Source: Candidatus Eiseniibacteriota bacterium
GTDB taxonomy: Bacteria; Eisenbacteria; RBG-16-71-46; CAZAMP01
Assembly (NCBI GenBank): GCA_965224245.1
Contig: OZ245046.1
Location: forward strand, 2,400,001-2,464,000
Length of the DNA stretch: 64,000 nucleotides
Reading direction: 5' to 3'
The translations under genes and the position numbers were made by a program. The notes beneath the pieces were generated by a model that saw only the letters and a list, made by a program, of their open reading frames with translations, was not told the origin of the DNA and made no database searches. The stretch's first letter is position 1; every line of letters starts with the position of its first letter. Shown piece after piece: positions 9,077 through 18,617 of the stretch.

Positions 9077-12000
9077 TCAGTCGATGGCGAACGTGCGGAC
9101 CTTGGCCAGCAGGGTGGGATACGAGATGGCCAGACGCCTCGCCGCGGCGCTCTTGTTCCCACGGCACTCGCGGAGCGCGTCCACGATCATCTGCCGCTCG
9201 AGACGCTGCACGGCCGATCGCATCGAGCCGTTCGTGGCGCCGTTCGCGACGCCGGCCGGCCCGACCAGCTCGGGCGGCAGGTGCGCGACACCGACCGGCT
9301 CTCCCTCGTCGGCCAGGACGAGCATCCGGCGGACAGCCTTCTCCAGCTCGCGTACGTTGCCCGGCCATGCGTAGTCGTGGAGCAGTCGCATCACGTCGGG
9401 CGACAGGCGCGGCACGTCTCGTGACATCTCGGCCGAGAACGTCGCCATGAAGTGGTCCACGAGAGCGTCGATGTCCTGGCGCCGCTCTCGAAGCGGCGGG
9501 ATCACGATGGAGATGTCGTTGAGCCGGTAGTAGAGATCCTCCAGGAACGCGTTCTCCGCGATCAGCGTCTTCAGGTTGGCGTTCGTGGCGGACACGATCC
9601 GCACGTCGACGCGCTTCCAGCGCGTGGCCCCGACCGGTCGGATCTCGTGGTGATCGAGCACGTGCAAGAGCTTGGCCTGCACCGCGCGCGTCGTCTTGTC
9701 CACCTCGTCTAGGAACACGGTCCCGCCTTCGGCCTCTTCGAAGAGCCCGCGCTTCTCGCGTATCGCACCGGTGAACGCGCCCGCCATGTGCCCGAACAGC
9801 TCGCTCTCCAGGAGATGCTCGGGTATCGCGGCGCAGCTGATCGGTACGAACGGGGCCTCTCTTCGCCTGCCCGTATCGTGCACCGCGCGCGCGATCAGGC
9901 CCTTGCCGGTGCCGGTCTCGCCGCGGACGAGCACGCTCGCCGGGCTGTCGGACACCTTGCGTACGGTCTGGAGCAGCGCCTCGAACGCCGGGCTGGCCGA
10001 CACGATCGGCCGCGTGAGGCGGCTCGCGTCGATGCCGCTCTCCAGCCGGGCGCGCTCGGAGAGCATCTGCGTGCGTTCGAGCGCCAGCGCCGAGATCGAC
10101 GCCAGCTCGGCCAGGAGCGCGATCAGCTTCAGATCGGCCTGTCGGTAGGCGCCCACCACGTGCTGCGCGCGGCGGTCCACGTAGAGGAGCCCCCAGATGT
10201 CCTGGGGCAGGCACAGCGGCGCGATCGCCAGGCCGGACACGTCCTCGACGTCCCCAACGTCGGCGTCGCCGGGAGCGCGGATCGCCGGGTACCCCGACGC
10301 CATCGACGCGGCGACCGCCGGCTGGATGCGCCCGAGCAGCTCGCTGGCCTGCGCGGCGGTCGTCCCGATCGCACCCACCACCGTCAGGTCCTCGGTGGTC
10401 GGCCCCTGAGCCAGAAACGCGCGATCGGAGCTGGTGCGGCGAAGCACCATTCGCAGGAGGGCATCGACGGCGCTCTCCGGGCTTTCGGACGTCTTCAGGA
10501 GCCGATGGAGCTCGCGCGTCGGGCTGAGGATGTCCGAGCCCTCGAGCGACGTCCGCGCGCGCTGGTCGAGCCGAGCCTTCAGACGCATCTGCTCCTCGAG
10601 CAGCGGGCTCTCCTCTGAGGCCTCGACGTATCGTGCGGCCGACCGGAGGAGGTTCTCGGCATCGTCGAGGGGACCGGTCCGGATGCGGTCCTCGACCGCC
10701 GCCAGCGCCACCTCGGCGAGGTGTCCGGGGACGTCGAGCGTCTCGAAGATCGCGCGCGCCTCCGTCAGGTGATGCTGGATCTCCGGATGAGCGTCGGTCG
10801 ACTCGCGGGCCACGTCGAGGCACACGCGCGCCATCGACAGGTGCGTGCGGCCGACCTCATACCGGGCGCCGAGCTTGCGGAACGTCTCGAGAACCGCGCC
10901 CAGCATCGCGTGGCCGTCCTCGCAACGTCCCGCGCGGGCCCGGCACAGACCCAGCACGCGCCGGGCGGCGGCCGCCTCGGTCAGGTCTCCGAGGCTCTCG
11001 GCGATCTCGATCGTGCGCTCGGCCGTCTCGGTGGCCGCGTCCAGATCCCCCAGTGCGAAGTGGGCTTCGGCCAGGCGCCGGCCGATCTCCGAGACAAGAT
11101 CGCCCGCCGGAGCCAGCTCTCGAGCGTCGGCGAGCGCTACGAGCAGCCGATCACGCCCGCGCTCGGGCTGGCCGGTGGCCACCTCGAGCTCGCCGCGGAA
11201 CTCTTCGACGAGGATGCGCTCGCGCGTGTAGCCGTTGGCCTCGGCGATCGCGTCCGCCTCCTCCAGGGTGGCGCGGGCGGCGCCGAACCGCCGCGACCGC
11301 ATGTCGAGGACGCCACGCGCGATCAGCGACTTGACCAGTCGACCGCGATGATCGATCTCGCGCGCGATCTGCGTGGCGCGCTCGAGCTGGCGCCGCGCCT
11401 CGGGCCAGTCTCCCAGACGCGAGTGAATGATGCCGAGATTGAGGCAGATCGAGGCCTTTCGCCCGTAGTCGCCCACGTCCTCGAGTATGTCGAGCGCACG
11501 GTGCAGGAACGATAGGGCATCGCGAAGGTGGTTCGACTGCTTCCGATTGAGTCCGAGGTTGTTGTACGCGTGCGCGATACCGCGGCGATCTCCGACCCGC
11601 TCGTACAGACCCAGCGCCAGATCGAACGACTGCTCGGCATCGCCGGTTCGCCCCTGTCGCTCGAGGGCGTGACCGATCGCCAGGTAGAGTCGCGCCTGGA
11701 ATCGCACGACCTCGGAGCTGGTCGTCTCCCGCAGGAGACTGAGCGCCTCGCGTGCCGCGTCGATGGCCGCCTGGTACTGGCCCGACATGGATCCCACGAT
11801 GGCATGGCGGCCGATGATGCGGGCACGGGTGACGTCGTCTGGATGAGGGCCGGCGAAGGCCTCGGCCTCCGCGATCGCGGCGCGCGCCATCCCGAGCTCG
11901 CCCCGGGAGGCGTGGCAATCGACGATGCGCAGCACGACGTCGACGCCGTCGGGGTTCGGGCCCTCGGGGGCGCCCAGCGGCTCGCGAGCGGCCAGGTAGT

Positions 12001-12145
12001 GGCCCAGCGCCTCGCCGTGATTGTCGGCGGACCGGTGGAGATCACCCAGACGCAGGAGGTGATCGAACGTGCTGGGGTCGACGGCACGCTCGCGCGTCGC
12101 TCCCTCGCCCGCCGCTTCGGTTGGGAAACCCCTCCCGACATCCAT
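9077..12145 (-). CDS. sigma54 enhancer-binding protein with long N-terminal TPR array, GAF-like domain, AAA+ and Fis-type HTH
   Basis: TPR repeats (AYNNLG, ICLNLG); GETGTGK, ESELFGH..GAFTGA, VFLDE, WPGNVRELE; GNKSAAARRLAIS; no receiver domain. Confidence 0.9.
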   Translation of the reverse strand: MDVGRGFPTEAAGEGATRERAVDPSTFDHLLRLGDLHRSADNHGEALGHYLAAREPLGAPEGPNPDGVDVVLRIVDCHASRGELGMARAAIAEAEAFAGPHPDDVTRARIIGRHAIVGSMSGQYQAAIDAAREALSLLRETTSSEVVRFQARLYLAIGHALERQGRTGDAEQSFDLALGLYERVGDRRGIAHAYNNLGLNRKQSNHLRDALSFLHRALDILEDVGDYGRKASICLNLGIIHSRLGDWPEARRQLERATQIAREIDHRGRLVKSLIARGVLDMRSRRFGAARATLEEADAIAEANGYTRERILVEEFRGELEVATGQPERGRDRLLVALADARELAPAGDLVSEIGRRLAEAHFALGDLDAATETAERTIEIAESLGDLTEAAAARRVLGLCRARAGRCEDGHAMLGAVLETFRKLGARYEVGRTHLSMARVCLDVARESTDAHPEIQHHLTEARAIFETLDVPGHLAEVALAAVEDRIRTGPLDDAENLLRSAARYVEASEESPLLEEQMRLKARLDQRARTSLEGSDILSPTRELHRLLKTSESPESAVDALLRMVLRRTSSDRAFLAQGPTTEDLTVVGAIGTTAAQASELLGRIQPAVAASMASGYPAIRAPGDADVGDVEDVSGLAIAPLCLPQDIWGLLYVDRRAQHVVGAYRQADLKLIALLAELASISALALERTQMLSERARLESGIDASRLTRPIVSASPAFEALLQTVRKVSDSPASVLVRGETGTGKGLIARAVHDTGRRREAPFVPISCAAIPEHLLESELFGHMAGAFTGAIREKRGLFEEAEGGTVFLDEVDKTTRAVQAKLLHVLDHHEIRPVGATRWKRVDVRIVSATNANLKTLIAENAFLEDLYYRLNDISIVIPPLRERRQDIDALVDHFMATFSAEMSRDVPRLSPDVMRLLHDYAWPGNVRELEKAVRRMLVLADEGEPVGVAHLPPELVGPAGVANGATNGSMRSAVQRLERQMIVDALRECRGNKSAAARRLAISYPTLLAKVRTFAID

Positions 12146-12299
12146 CGTTGCATGGCCCCTTGCTCGATGAGGTTCGCGGTGCCCCCGGCCGGGGCATCGA
12201 TCTCGGGCGGCTCCCCCGCGAACCTCGGGAGCCGCCCCGCACCGGGTCCGACGCTCACCCCGAGTTGAGCGAACGCGCGACCACCGGTGCGGACCTGCG

Positions 12300-12626
12300 T
12301 CAGAGCGTCAGCAAGCTCATCTCCGCCAGCGTGATCACGATCCCCACGATCTCCGGGCACGGATCATCGACCGCCTCGATCGTGTTGCCCTCCGGCATCA
12401 GATCGTAGTCGTCGGGATCCCCGCTGCCGCCGGTGGGCTGCTGGAGTACGCCCGCGCCTGGCGTGACGACCGTGCAGTTGACGTCGTCGCCAGAGTTCGT
12501 GGCAGGGTCGTCGCCGGCGCCGGCCGGGGTGATCCACAGGAACAGCGCGAGGAGTGCGAGGAACACACACGATCGGATCGACGACGGGGTGCGCAGGCAC
12601 GCAGGCAAGTTTCCACGAAGCTCCAC
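12300..12626 (-). CDS. Small exported acidic peptide/protein, 108 aa
   Basis: GGAGG RBS 5 nt before GTG at 12626; signal peptide ending PAGA; acidic core with GSGDPDDYD; hydrophobic C-terminus. Confidence 0.65.
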   Translation of the reverse strand: MELRGNLPACLRTPSSIRSCVFLALLALFLWITPAGAGDDPATNSGDDVNCTVVTPGAGVLQQPTGGSGDPDDYDLMPEGNTIEAVDDPCPEIVGIVITLAEMSLLTL

Positions 12627-12726
12627 TGAGTCCTCCCTGGCGGAATCCGACACGTATGTCGACTGGCTCCCGGATCGCCTTAACCCCGCTGAGGCGGCCG
12701 AGATCGTGGAGTTGGGAACACTGTCG

Positions 12727-12755
12727 ACTTTACCAGCAACGCCGAAATCCGTCAA
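12727..12755 (-). promoter_or_regulatory. sigma70 promoter for the peptide-activator unit
   Basis: TTGACG-N17-TAAAGT with extended TG. Confidence 0.65.
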
Positions 12756-12999
12756 TTCCCGGCGTTTGGGCCGCCCTGTATGATCGTCGGCAGACGGGCG
12801 GGACTTCCAGAGATCCCCGCCGAGTGGGGACCGTGCGCACGCGCGCACGGATGTGGTACACCTCCCGCCGCGAGGATCCGGGGACTCGGGCCGCGGGACA
12901 CCCGCCGGCGCGAGCGTCCAGGACGACCCCTGAACGCACACGGACGCCGAGAGGCGCCAGGACAGGAGCTTCGCCGGCCCGCGCCGGAGAGACCCCACG

Positions 13000-15246
13000 A
13001 TGAGTACGAACATCTACGACCGAGCCCAGGCCGTCGACCGCCGGTTCACGGACTTCGTCGAGCGCTGGAGCGGGTCCCCCCGCCCCCGGCCCGACCTGGA
13101 CGCTCCGGTCCGGTCTCCCTCGCCGCTGACCGGGCGAGAGCTTCTGGAGCTCTTCGAGTCGCAGATCATCTCGCGCCATCTGGACCTGATGTCCCGCATC
13201 CTGCGCGCGCGTGACGCCAGCTTCTACACGATCGGGAGCTCGGGACACGAGGGCAACGCCGCGCTCGGGCGCCTGACGCGTCCGACCGACCCCGCATTCC
13301 TGCACTACCGGAGCGGCGGGTTCATGGCGGAGCGGTCACGGCGCAACCAGCACGCCGACGCCGTGTACGACGTGCTGCTGGCACTCGTGGCGAGCTCGGA
13401 CGATCCGGTCGCCGGCGGGCGCCACAAGGTGTGGGGCAGCGTCGAGCTGTGGGCGATTCCGCAGACGAGCACGATCGCCAGCCATCTGCCAAAGGCGGTG
13501 GGCATGGCCATCGGCGTGCGCCGTGCGCTCAAGATGGGGATCACGCCGCCGGTGCCGCGCGACAGCATCGTCGTGTGCTCGTTCGGCGACGCGAGCGTGA
13601 ACCACTCCACCGCGCTCGGTGCGTTCAGCGCGGCGGCACGCGCGGTGTACCAGCAGATCGCGTGTCCGATCCTGTTCGTGTGCGAGGACAACGGGCTGGG
13701 CATCTCGGTGGCCACGCCGTCCCGGTGGGTCGAGGACGCCTTCGGACCCCGTCCCGGTCTGGAGTACTTCCAGGCCGACGGGCTGGACATCGTGGACATG
13801 CACCGGGTGACCGCCGAGGCCGTATCGGTATGCCGGTCACGGGCCACGCCCGTGTTCCTGCACGTGAGGTGCGTGCGGCTGATGGGCCACGCCGGGAGCG
13901 ACGTCGAGCTGGAGTACCGCTCCCTGGCCGACGTCGAGGCGACCGAGGCGCGCGATCCGATCCTCGCCACCGCACGCATCGTGCTCGAGGCGGGTCTCTG
14001 CCAGCCGTCCGAGGTGACCGCGATGTACGAGCGCATCCGCGCGCGTGTCGAGCTGGCGGCCGAGCGCGCGCTGGCGCGCCCCCGGCTCACCGACCGCCGG
14101 ACGATCATCGCGCCGCTCGCACCGTACACACCCGACGCGGTCGCGGCCGAGGCCACGCGCAAGGCCGCGCCGGAACGGCGCGAGGAGGCGTTCGGCGGCG
14201 AGGAGAAGCTGCCCGAGGCGGCCGGCCCCAGGACGATGGCCATGCAGATCAACAGCGCACTCACGGATCTTCTGGCCAAGCATCCCGAGGCGGTCCTGTT
14301 CGGTGAGGACGTGGCACGAAAGGGTGGGGTCTACCACGTGACCGCCCGGCTTCTCGCGCGCTTCGGGGCTTCGCGCGTGTTCGACACGATCCTCGACGAG
14401 CAGACCATCCTCGGGCTGGCCCAGGGGTTCGGCTACTCCGGGCTGTTGCCGTTTCCGGAGATCCAGTACCTCGCCTACTTTCACAATGCGTGCGATCAGA
14501 TCCGCGGAGAAGCCTGCTCGATGCAGTTCTTCTCGAACGGCCAGTTCCGAAACCCGATGGTGCTCCGGATCGCATCCCTGGGCTACCAGAAGGGGTTCGG
14601 CGGACACTTTCACAACGACAACAGCATCGCGGCGCTGCGCGACATCCCGGGGCTCGTGATCGCGTGTCCGTCCCGGGGCGACGACGCGGCCGCGATGCTG
14701 CGCACCTGTGCGGCCCTGGCCAAGGTCGACGGACGCGTGGTCGCCTTCCTGGAGCCGATCGCCCTCTACCACCGCAAGGATCTCCACGAGCCCCGGGACG
14801 GCGCGTGGCAGTTCCCGTATCCCGCACCCGGCACCGCCGTCCCCCTCGGGTCGAGCCGCGTGTACGACGAGGAGGCGACCGACCTCGTGTTCGTGACCTA
14901 CGGCAACGGGGTGCCGCTCTCGCTTCAGGCCGCACGCACGCTCGGCGAGCGTCACGGCGTGGCCGCCCGCGTCGTGGACCTGCGCTGGCTGAACCCGCTC
15001 GACGGCGGAGTGATCGCCGAGCATGCGCGCGCGTGCGGCAACGTCGTCGTCGTGGACGAGGGACGGCGCACCGGCGGCGTCAGCGAGGCCATCATCACCG
15101 CGATCGTGGAGGCGGGCGTCGAGGGCGTCCGGGTCCGTCGCGTCGTCGGCGAGGACACCTACATCCCGCTGGGACCGGCCGCGAGCCTGGTCCTGCCGTC
15201 GGTGGAGGAGATCGTGGCCGCGGCGCTGGCGCTCGGGGAACGCTGA
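13000..15246 (+). CDS. 2-oxoacid dehydrogenase E1 alpha/beta fusion (TPP-dependent)
   Basis: SGHEG; FGDAS..EDNG TPP motif; LFGEDV..KGGVY; PEIQYLAY; transketolase-like C-terminus. Confidence 0.9.
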   Translation: MSTNIYDRAQAVDRRFTDFVERWSGSPRPRPDLDAPVRSPSPLTGRELLELFESQIISRHLDLMSRILRARDASFYTIGSSGHEGNAALGRLTRPTDPAFLHYRSGGFMAERSRRNQHADAVYDVLLALVASSDDPVAGGRHKVWGSVELWAIPQTSTIASHLPKAVGMAIGVRRALKMGITPPVPRDSIVVCSFGDASVNHSTALGAFSAAARAVYQQIACPILFVCEDNGLGISVATPSRWVEDAFGPRPGLEYFQADGLDIVDMHRVTAEAVSVCRSRATPVFLHVRCVRLMGHAGSDVELEYRSLADVEATEARDPILATARIVLEAGLCQPSEVTAMYERIRARVELAAERALARPRLTDRRTIIAPLAPYTPDAVAAEATRKAAPERREEAFGGEEKLPEAAGPRTMAMQINSALTDLLAKHPEAVLFGEDVARKGGVYHVTARLLARFGASRVFDTILDEQTILGLAQGFGYSGLLPFPEIQYLAYFHNACDQIRGEACSMQFFSNGQFRNPMVLRIASLGYQKGFGGHFHNDNSIAALRDIPGLVIACPSRGDDAAAMLRTCAALAKVDGRVVAFLEPIALYHRKDLHEPRDGAWQFPYPAPGTAVPLGSSRVYDEEATDLVFVTYGNGVPLSLQAARTLGERHGVAARVVDLRWLNPLDGGVIAEHARACGNVVVVDEGRRTGGVSEAIITAIVEAGVEGVRVRRVVGEDTYIPLGPAASLVLPSVEEIVAAALALGER

Positions 15247-15297
15247 CCGGCGGCGATCACGGCACCGGGTCGGACGAGCCGGGTCGGAGTAGCCGGA

Positions 15298-15663
15298 TCA
15301 GAGAAGATAGTCCTCGAGTTCGTCACTGACGACCCGTGTCCGCGGGCGCGATGCCGGCGACCCGTCCGCCGCCGCGCGAGACGGTGGCGGAAGCGCCGCG
15401 AGCCGCCGACCGGACAGGATGGCCAGGATGCTCGCAACCTCGGGCGAGGCGTCCGGCGGCGGGCATCGCACGAGGGTCTTGCGCCCGTCGCGCACGGCGG
15501 ACACGAGGCCGGTCGCTTCGAGCTGCCGGATGTGGCGGGAGACGGCGGGCTGGGTGATTCCCAGCTCGTCGGCCAGGGCCTGTACGTGACGATCCCCGCC
15601 GAGCAGGAGCTTCACGATCGCGAAGCGGTGCGGATCGCCGAGCGCCTTGAAGAGACGATGCAT
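15298..15663 (-). CDS. ArsR/SmtB-family transcriptional regulator
   Basis: FKALGDPHRFAIV..HVQALADELGITQPAVSRH..L...GLV. Confidence 0.85.
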   Translation of the reverse strand: MHRLFKALGDPHRFAIVKLLLGGDRHVQALADELGITQPAVSRHIRQLEATGLVSAVRDGRKTLVRCPPPDASPEVASILAILSGRRLAALPPPSRAAADGSPASRPRTRVVSDELEDYLL

Positions 15664-15815
15664 GAGCGGAGTCTAGGGTGCCCGATCCCCCGCCCGCAAG
15701 CGCCGCCGGGGACGTCCAGCGGCCCCGGCGCCGGTTTGACCGCCAAAAAACGCGCGTGGTACCGTCCGGTTCGCGCGCCGGCCGCGCCGAGCACCACCCC
15801 CGCCACGGATCCGGA

Positions 15816-16874
15816 ATGACGTCACCCGCACCGACCGCCGACCTCCTCGGCCTGTATCCCGAGGAGCTGTCCGAGATGATGCCCGAGGACGTGCGTGAGC
15901 CCTATCGCGTCGCGCAGCTCCTCTCCTGGATGTACGACCACGGCGTCCGGCGCTTCGCGGACATGACGAACCTGCCCAGGTCGTTCCGGCGGCGGGCACA
16001 GGAAGCCTGGCGCGTGGGCTCGCTCGAACGCGAACGCGAGACCACCTCCGCCGACGGCGACGCCACCAAGTACCTGTGGCGCCTGGAGGACGGCCAGCGC
16101 ATCGAGTCGGTCTACCTCGTCTTGCCCACGCGCGAGACGTTCTGCATCTCCTCGCAGGTCGGCTGCGCGTACGGGTGCACGTTCTGTGCGACCGCGCGGA
16201 TGGGATTCCGGCGCAATCTGACCAGCCGGGAGATCCTCGAGCAGGTCTACTGGATGCGCGAGGAGCTCCGGCGTCGCCGCGGTGCCGACCGCCCTCCGTA
16301 CAACGTCGTCTTCATGGGCATGGGCGAGCCGCTGGCGAACTACGACGCCGTGGTCGACGGCGTCCGCCGTCTCACCCATCCGAAGCTCCTGGGCCTGAGC
16401 GAGCGGCGAATCACGATCTCGACCTGCGGGCTGGCCAACCAGATCCGGCGCCTGGCCGACGAGGGACTCCGCGTGGGCCTGGCCATCTCGCTGAACGCCA
16501 CGACCGACGAGACGCGGGTCCGCACGATGCCGGTCACCCGGAAGCACGGCATCGACGAGCTCTGCGACGCGGCGGCCACGTACGCCGGGAAGACCGGGCG
16601 GCGCGTGACGTTCGAGTACGTCCTCTTGCGTGGCACCAACGACGGCACCGACGACATCGCGCGCCTGAGCGCGATCGCCGCGCGTGTGCCGTGCAAGCTG
16701 AACGTGATTCCGTTCAATCCGTTCCCCGACGCCGGACACGAGCGCCCGGACGATCGGTGGGTGACCACGTTCCTGGAGCGACTGATGGGGAGCACCGATC
16801 GCGCGGTGACGATGCGCACGACGCGCGGGCTCGACATCGCGGCCGCGTGCGGACAGCTGGCGACCGGCACCTGA
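15816..16874 (+). CDS. rlmN: 23S rRNA m2A2503 methyltransferase RlmN (radical SAM)
   Basis: CISSQVGCAYGCTFCAT, VFMGMGEP, DIAAACGQL. Confidence 0.93.
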   Translation: MTSPAPTADLLGLYPEELSEMMPEDVREPYRVAQLLSWMYDHGVRRFADMTNLPRSFRRRAQEAWRVGSLERERETTSADGDATKYLWRLEDGQRIESVYLVLPTRETFCISSQVGCAYGCTFCATARMGFRRNLTSREILEQVYWMREELRRRRGADRPPYNVVFMGMGEPLANYDAVVDGVRRLTHPKLLGLSERRITISTCGLANQIRRLADEGLRVGLAISLNATTDETRVRTMPVTRKHGIDELCDAAATYAGKTGRRVTFEYVLLRGTNDGTDDIARLSAIAARVPCKLNVIPFNPFPDAGHERPDDRWVTTFLERLMGSTDRAVTMRTTRGLDIAAACGQLATGT

Positions 16875-16972
16875 TCGGTCGAGGAGCGCGCGAACGGGAC
16901 ATCGGTGGCATTCGACTCGTGCCCCTCACCTGATCGCTGGCGCCCGGGCGCCCGGTGACGCAAGATGTGGCC

Positions 16973-18604
16973 ATGAAGGACTCCCGTCGCCCCTGGCAGC
17001 GTTCGCTCAGGACGCGCCTCACCCTGCTGTTCGCCGCCCTCGGGCTGGCGCCGGCGATCATGGTCGGCTACTCGGTGCTGCGCAACCTCACCCGTTCGAT
17101 CGACGTGTGGGAGAACCCCGGCGTGACCGACACGATGGAGAGCGTGCGCATGGTCGCGCGCACGTCGGTGAACAAGCTCGTGAGCAACCTCGCGGTGCAT
17201 GCCCGCGATCTCGTCGACGTGGTCGCACGAACGTCCGACGAGGACGCGGAGGCCGAGCTGGCCGACTTCCAGCGCACGACCGAGGTCGACCTCGTGGGGC
17301 TGTACCGGGCGCTCGACGACGACTGGCTGCCGATCACGATCGTCTGCGACGACCCCGTCAGCTTCACCGCCGACGACATCGACCTGGCCCTGCAGCTGAC
17401 CAGCCTCCAGACCGACGAACACGGCTACCTCGTGTCGGCGTTTCCGTACCAGACCGACGACGCTCACTACGCGATCCTCCTCGGCTACCGGCTGGGACCG
17501 GAGTACCTGCCGTACCTGGAGTCCATCGCGGCCGGTCTCACGTACTACAGCCAGCTCCGCCTGGCCAAGCAGGCCACGCGCCAGTCGGCCATCCTGACCG
17601 CCGTCGTGGTCACGCTGGTGGCGCTCGGGCTCGCGCTGTTCCTGGGCCGGAAGGTGGCCCGGGGTGTGAGCCGGCCGGTGGAGGACCTCGTGGGGGGCAT
17701 GCAGCGCCTGGCCCGCGGCGAGGTCGTGCAGGTCACCCCCAAGGGCACCGACGAGCTGCGCTTCCTGTCCGACACGTTCAACCGCATGGCGCGCGAGCTC
17801 GAGGTGACCCGCCGCGAGCTGGCCAAGGCCGAGCGTCTGGCCGCCTGGCAGGAGATGGCCCGCCGGATCGCCCACGAGATCCGGAACCCGCTGACCCCGA
17901 TCCAGTTCGCGCTGCACCGCCTGTCTCGAAAGGCGGCGCGAGGAGAATCCCCCGAGCCCGTGGTCATCACCGAGTCGGTCAACGCCATCCTCGAGGAGCT
18001 GGACGGGCTGAAGACGCTGGCCGCCACGTTCAGCGAGTTCGCCAAGCTACCCGATCCCGAGCCCAGCCCCATCGCGCTCAACGACCTCGTGGAGAGCGTG
18101 GCCGGGCTCGTCGAGAGCCAGGGACGGCTCGTCCATCGCGAGCTGGACCCCGAGCTGCCCGAGATCGTCGGCGATCGGCGGGGTCTCCGCCGCGTCCTGA
18201 CGAACCTCCTGAAGAACGCGCTGGAGACCGGCGCCGAGACGCTCACGGTCCGGAGCCGGTGCGTCGGTCCCGAGGGCGTCAGGTACTCGTCCGAGGACGC
18301 GCGACTGGGCCCCGGCTCGACACGCTCGCTCCTGGCCGTCCCGCACGTCGTCATCACCGTCGAGGACGACGGCCCGGGCTTCGCGTCCGCCGACCTGGAC
18401 AGCATCTTCCTTCCCGACTACTCGACCAAGCCCACCGGCAGCGGACTGGGACTGGCCATCGTCTGTCGCATCATCGCGCAGCACGGCGGCGTACTCGTCG
18501 TGGAGCGCGCGGCCGATCACGGTGCGAAGCTGCACGTCCATCTACCGCTGGAGATCCCGGCGCTCGACGAGGCGGCCGGCGACCGCGACGCCGACACCCT
18601 CTGA
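16973..18604 (+). CDS. HAMP sensor histidine kinase, NtrY-like
   Basis: Two TM helices; HAMP; AWQEMARRIAHEIRNPLTPI; NLLKNA, DDGPG, GSGLGL. Confidence 0.88.
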   Translation: MKDSRRPWQRSLRTRLTLLFAALGLAPAIMVGYSVLRNLTRSIDVWENPGVTDTMESVRMVARTSVNKLVSNLAVHARDLVDVVARTSDEDAEAELADFQRTTEVDLVGLYRALDDDWLPITIVCDDPVSFTADDIDLALQLTSLQTDEHGYLVSAFPYQTDDAHYAILLGYRLGPEYLPYLESIAAGLTYYSQLRLAKQATRQSAILTAVVVTLVALGLALFLGRKVARGVSRPVEDLVGGMQRLARGEVVQVTPKGTDELRFLSDTFNRMARELEVTRRELAKAERLAAWQEMARRIAHEIRNPLTPIQFALHRLSRKAARGESPEPVVITESVNAILEELDGLKTLAATFSEFAKLPDPEPSPIALNDLVESVAGLVESQGRLVHRELDPELPEIVGDRRGLRRVLTNLLKNALETGAETLTVRSRCVGPEGVRYSSEDARLGPGSTRSLLAVPHVVITVEDDGPGFASADLDSIFLPDYSTKPTGSGLGLAIVCRIIAQHGGVLVVERAADHGAKLHVHLPLEIPALDEAAGDRDADTL

Positions 18605-18617
18605 AAGGAACCCCGGC

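Noticed and set aside
8208-9162. Several 70-130 aa ORFs in the intergenic region
   Set aside because: No RBS, no recognisable motifs, weak codon bias; they overlap promoters and RNA stems
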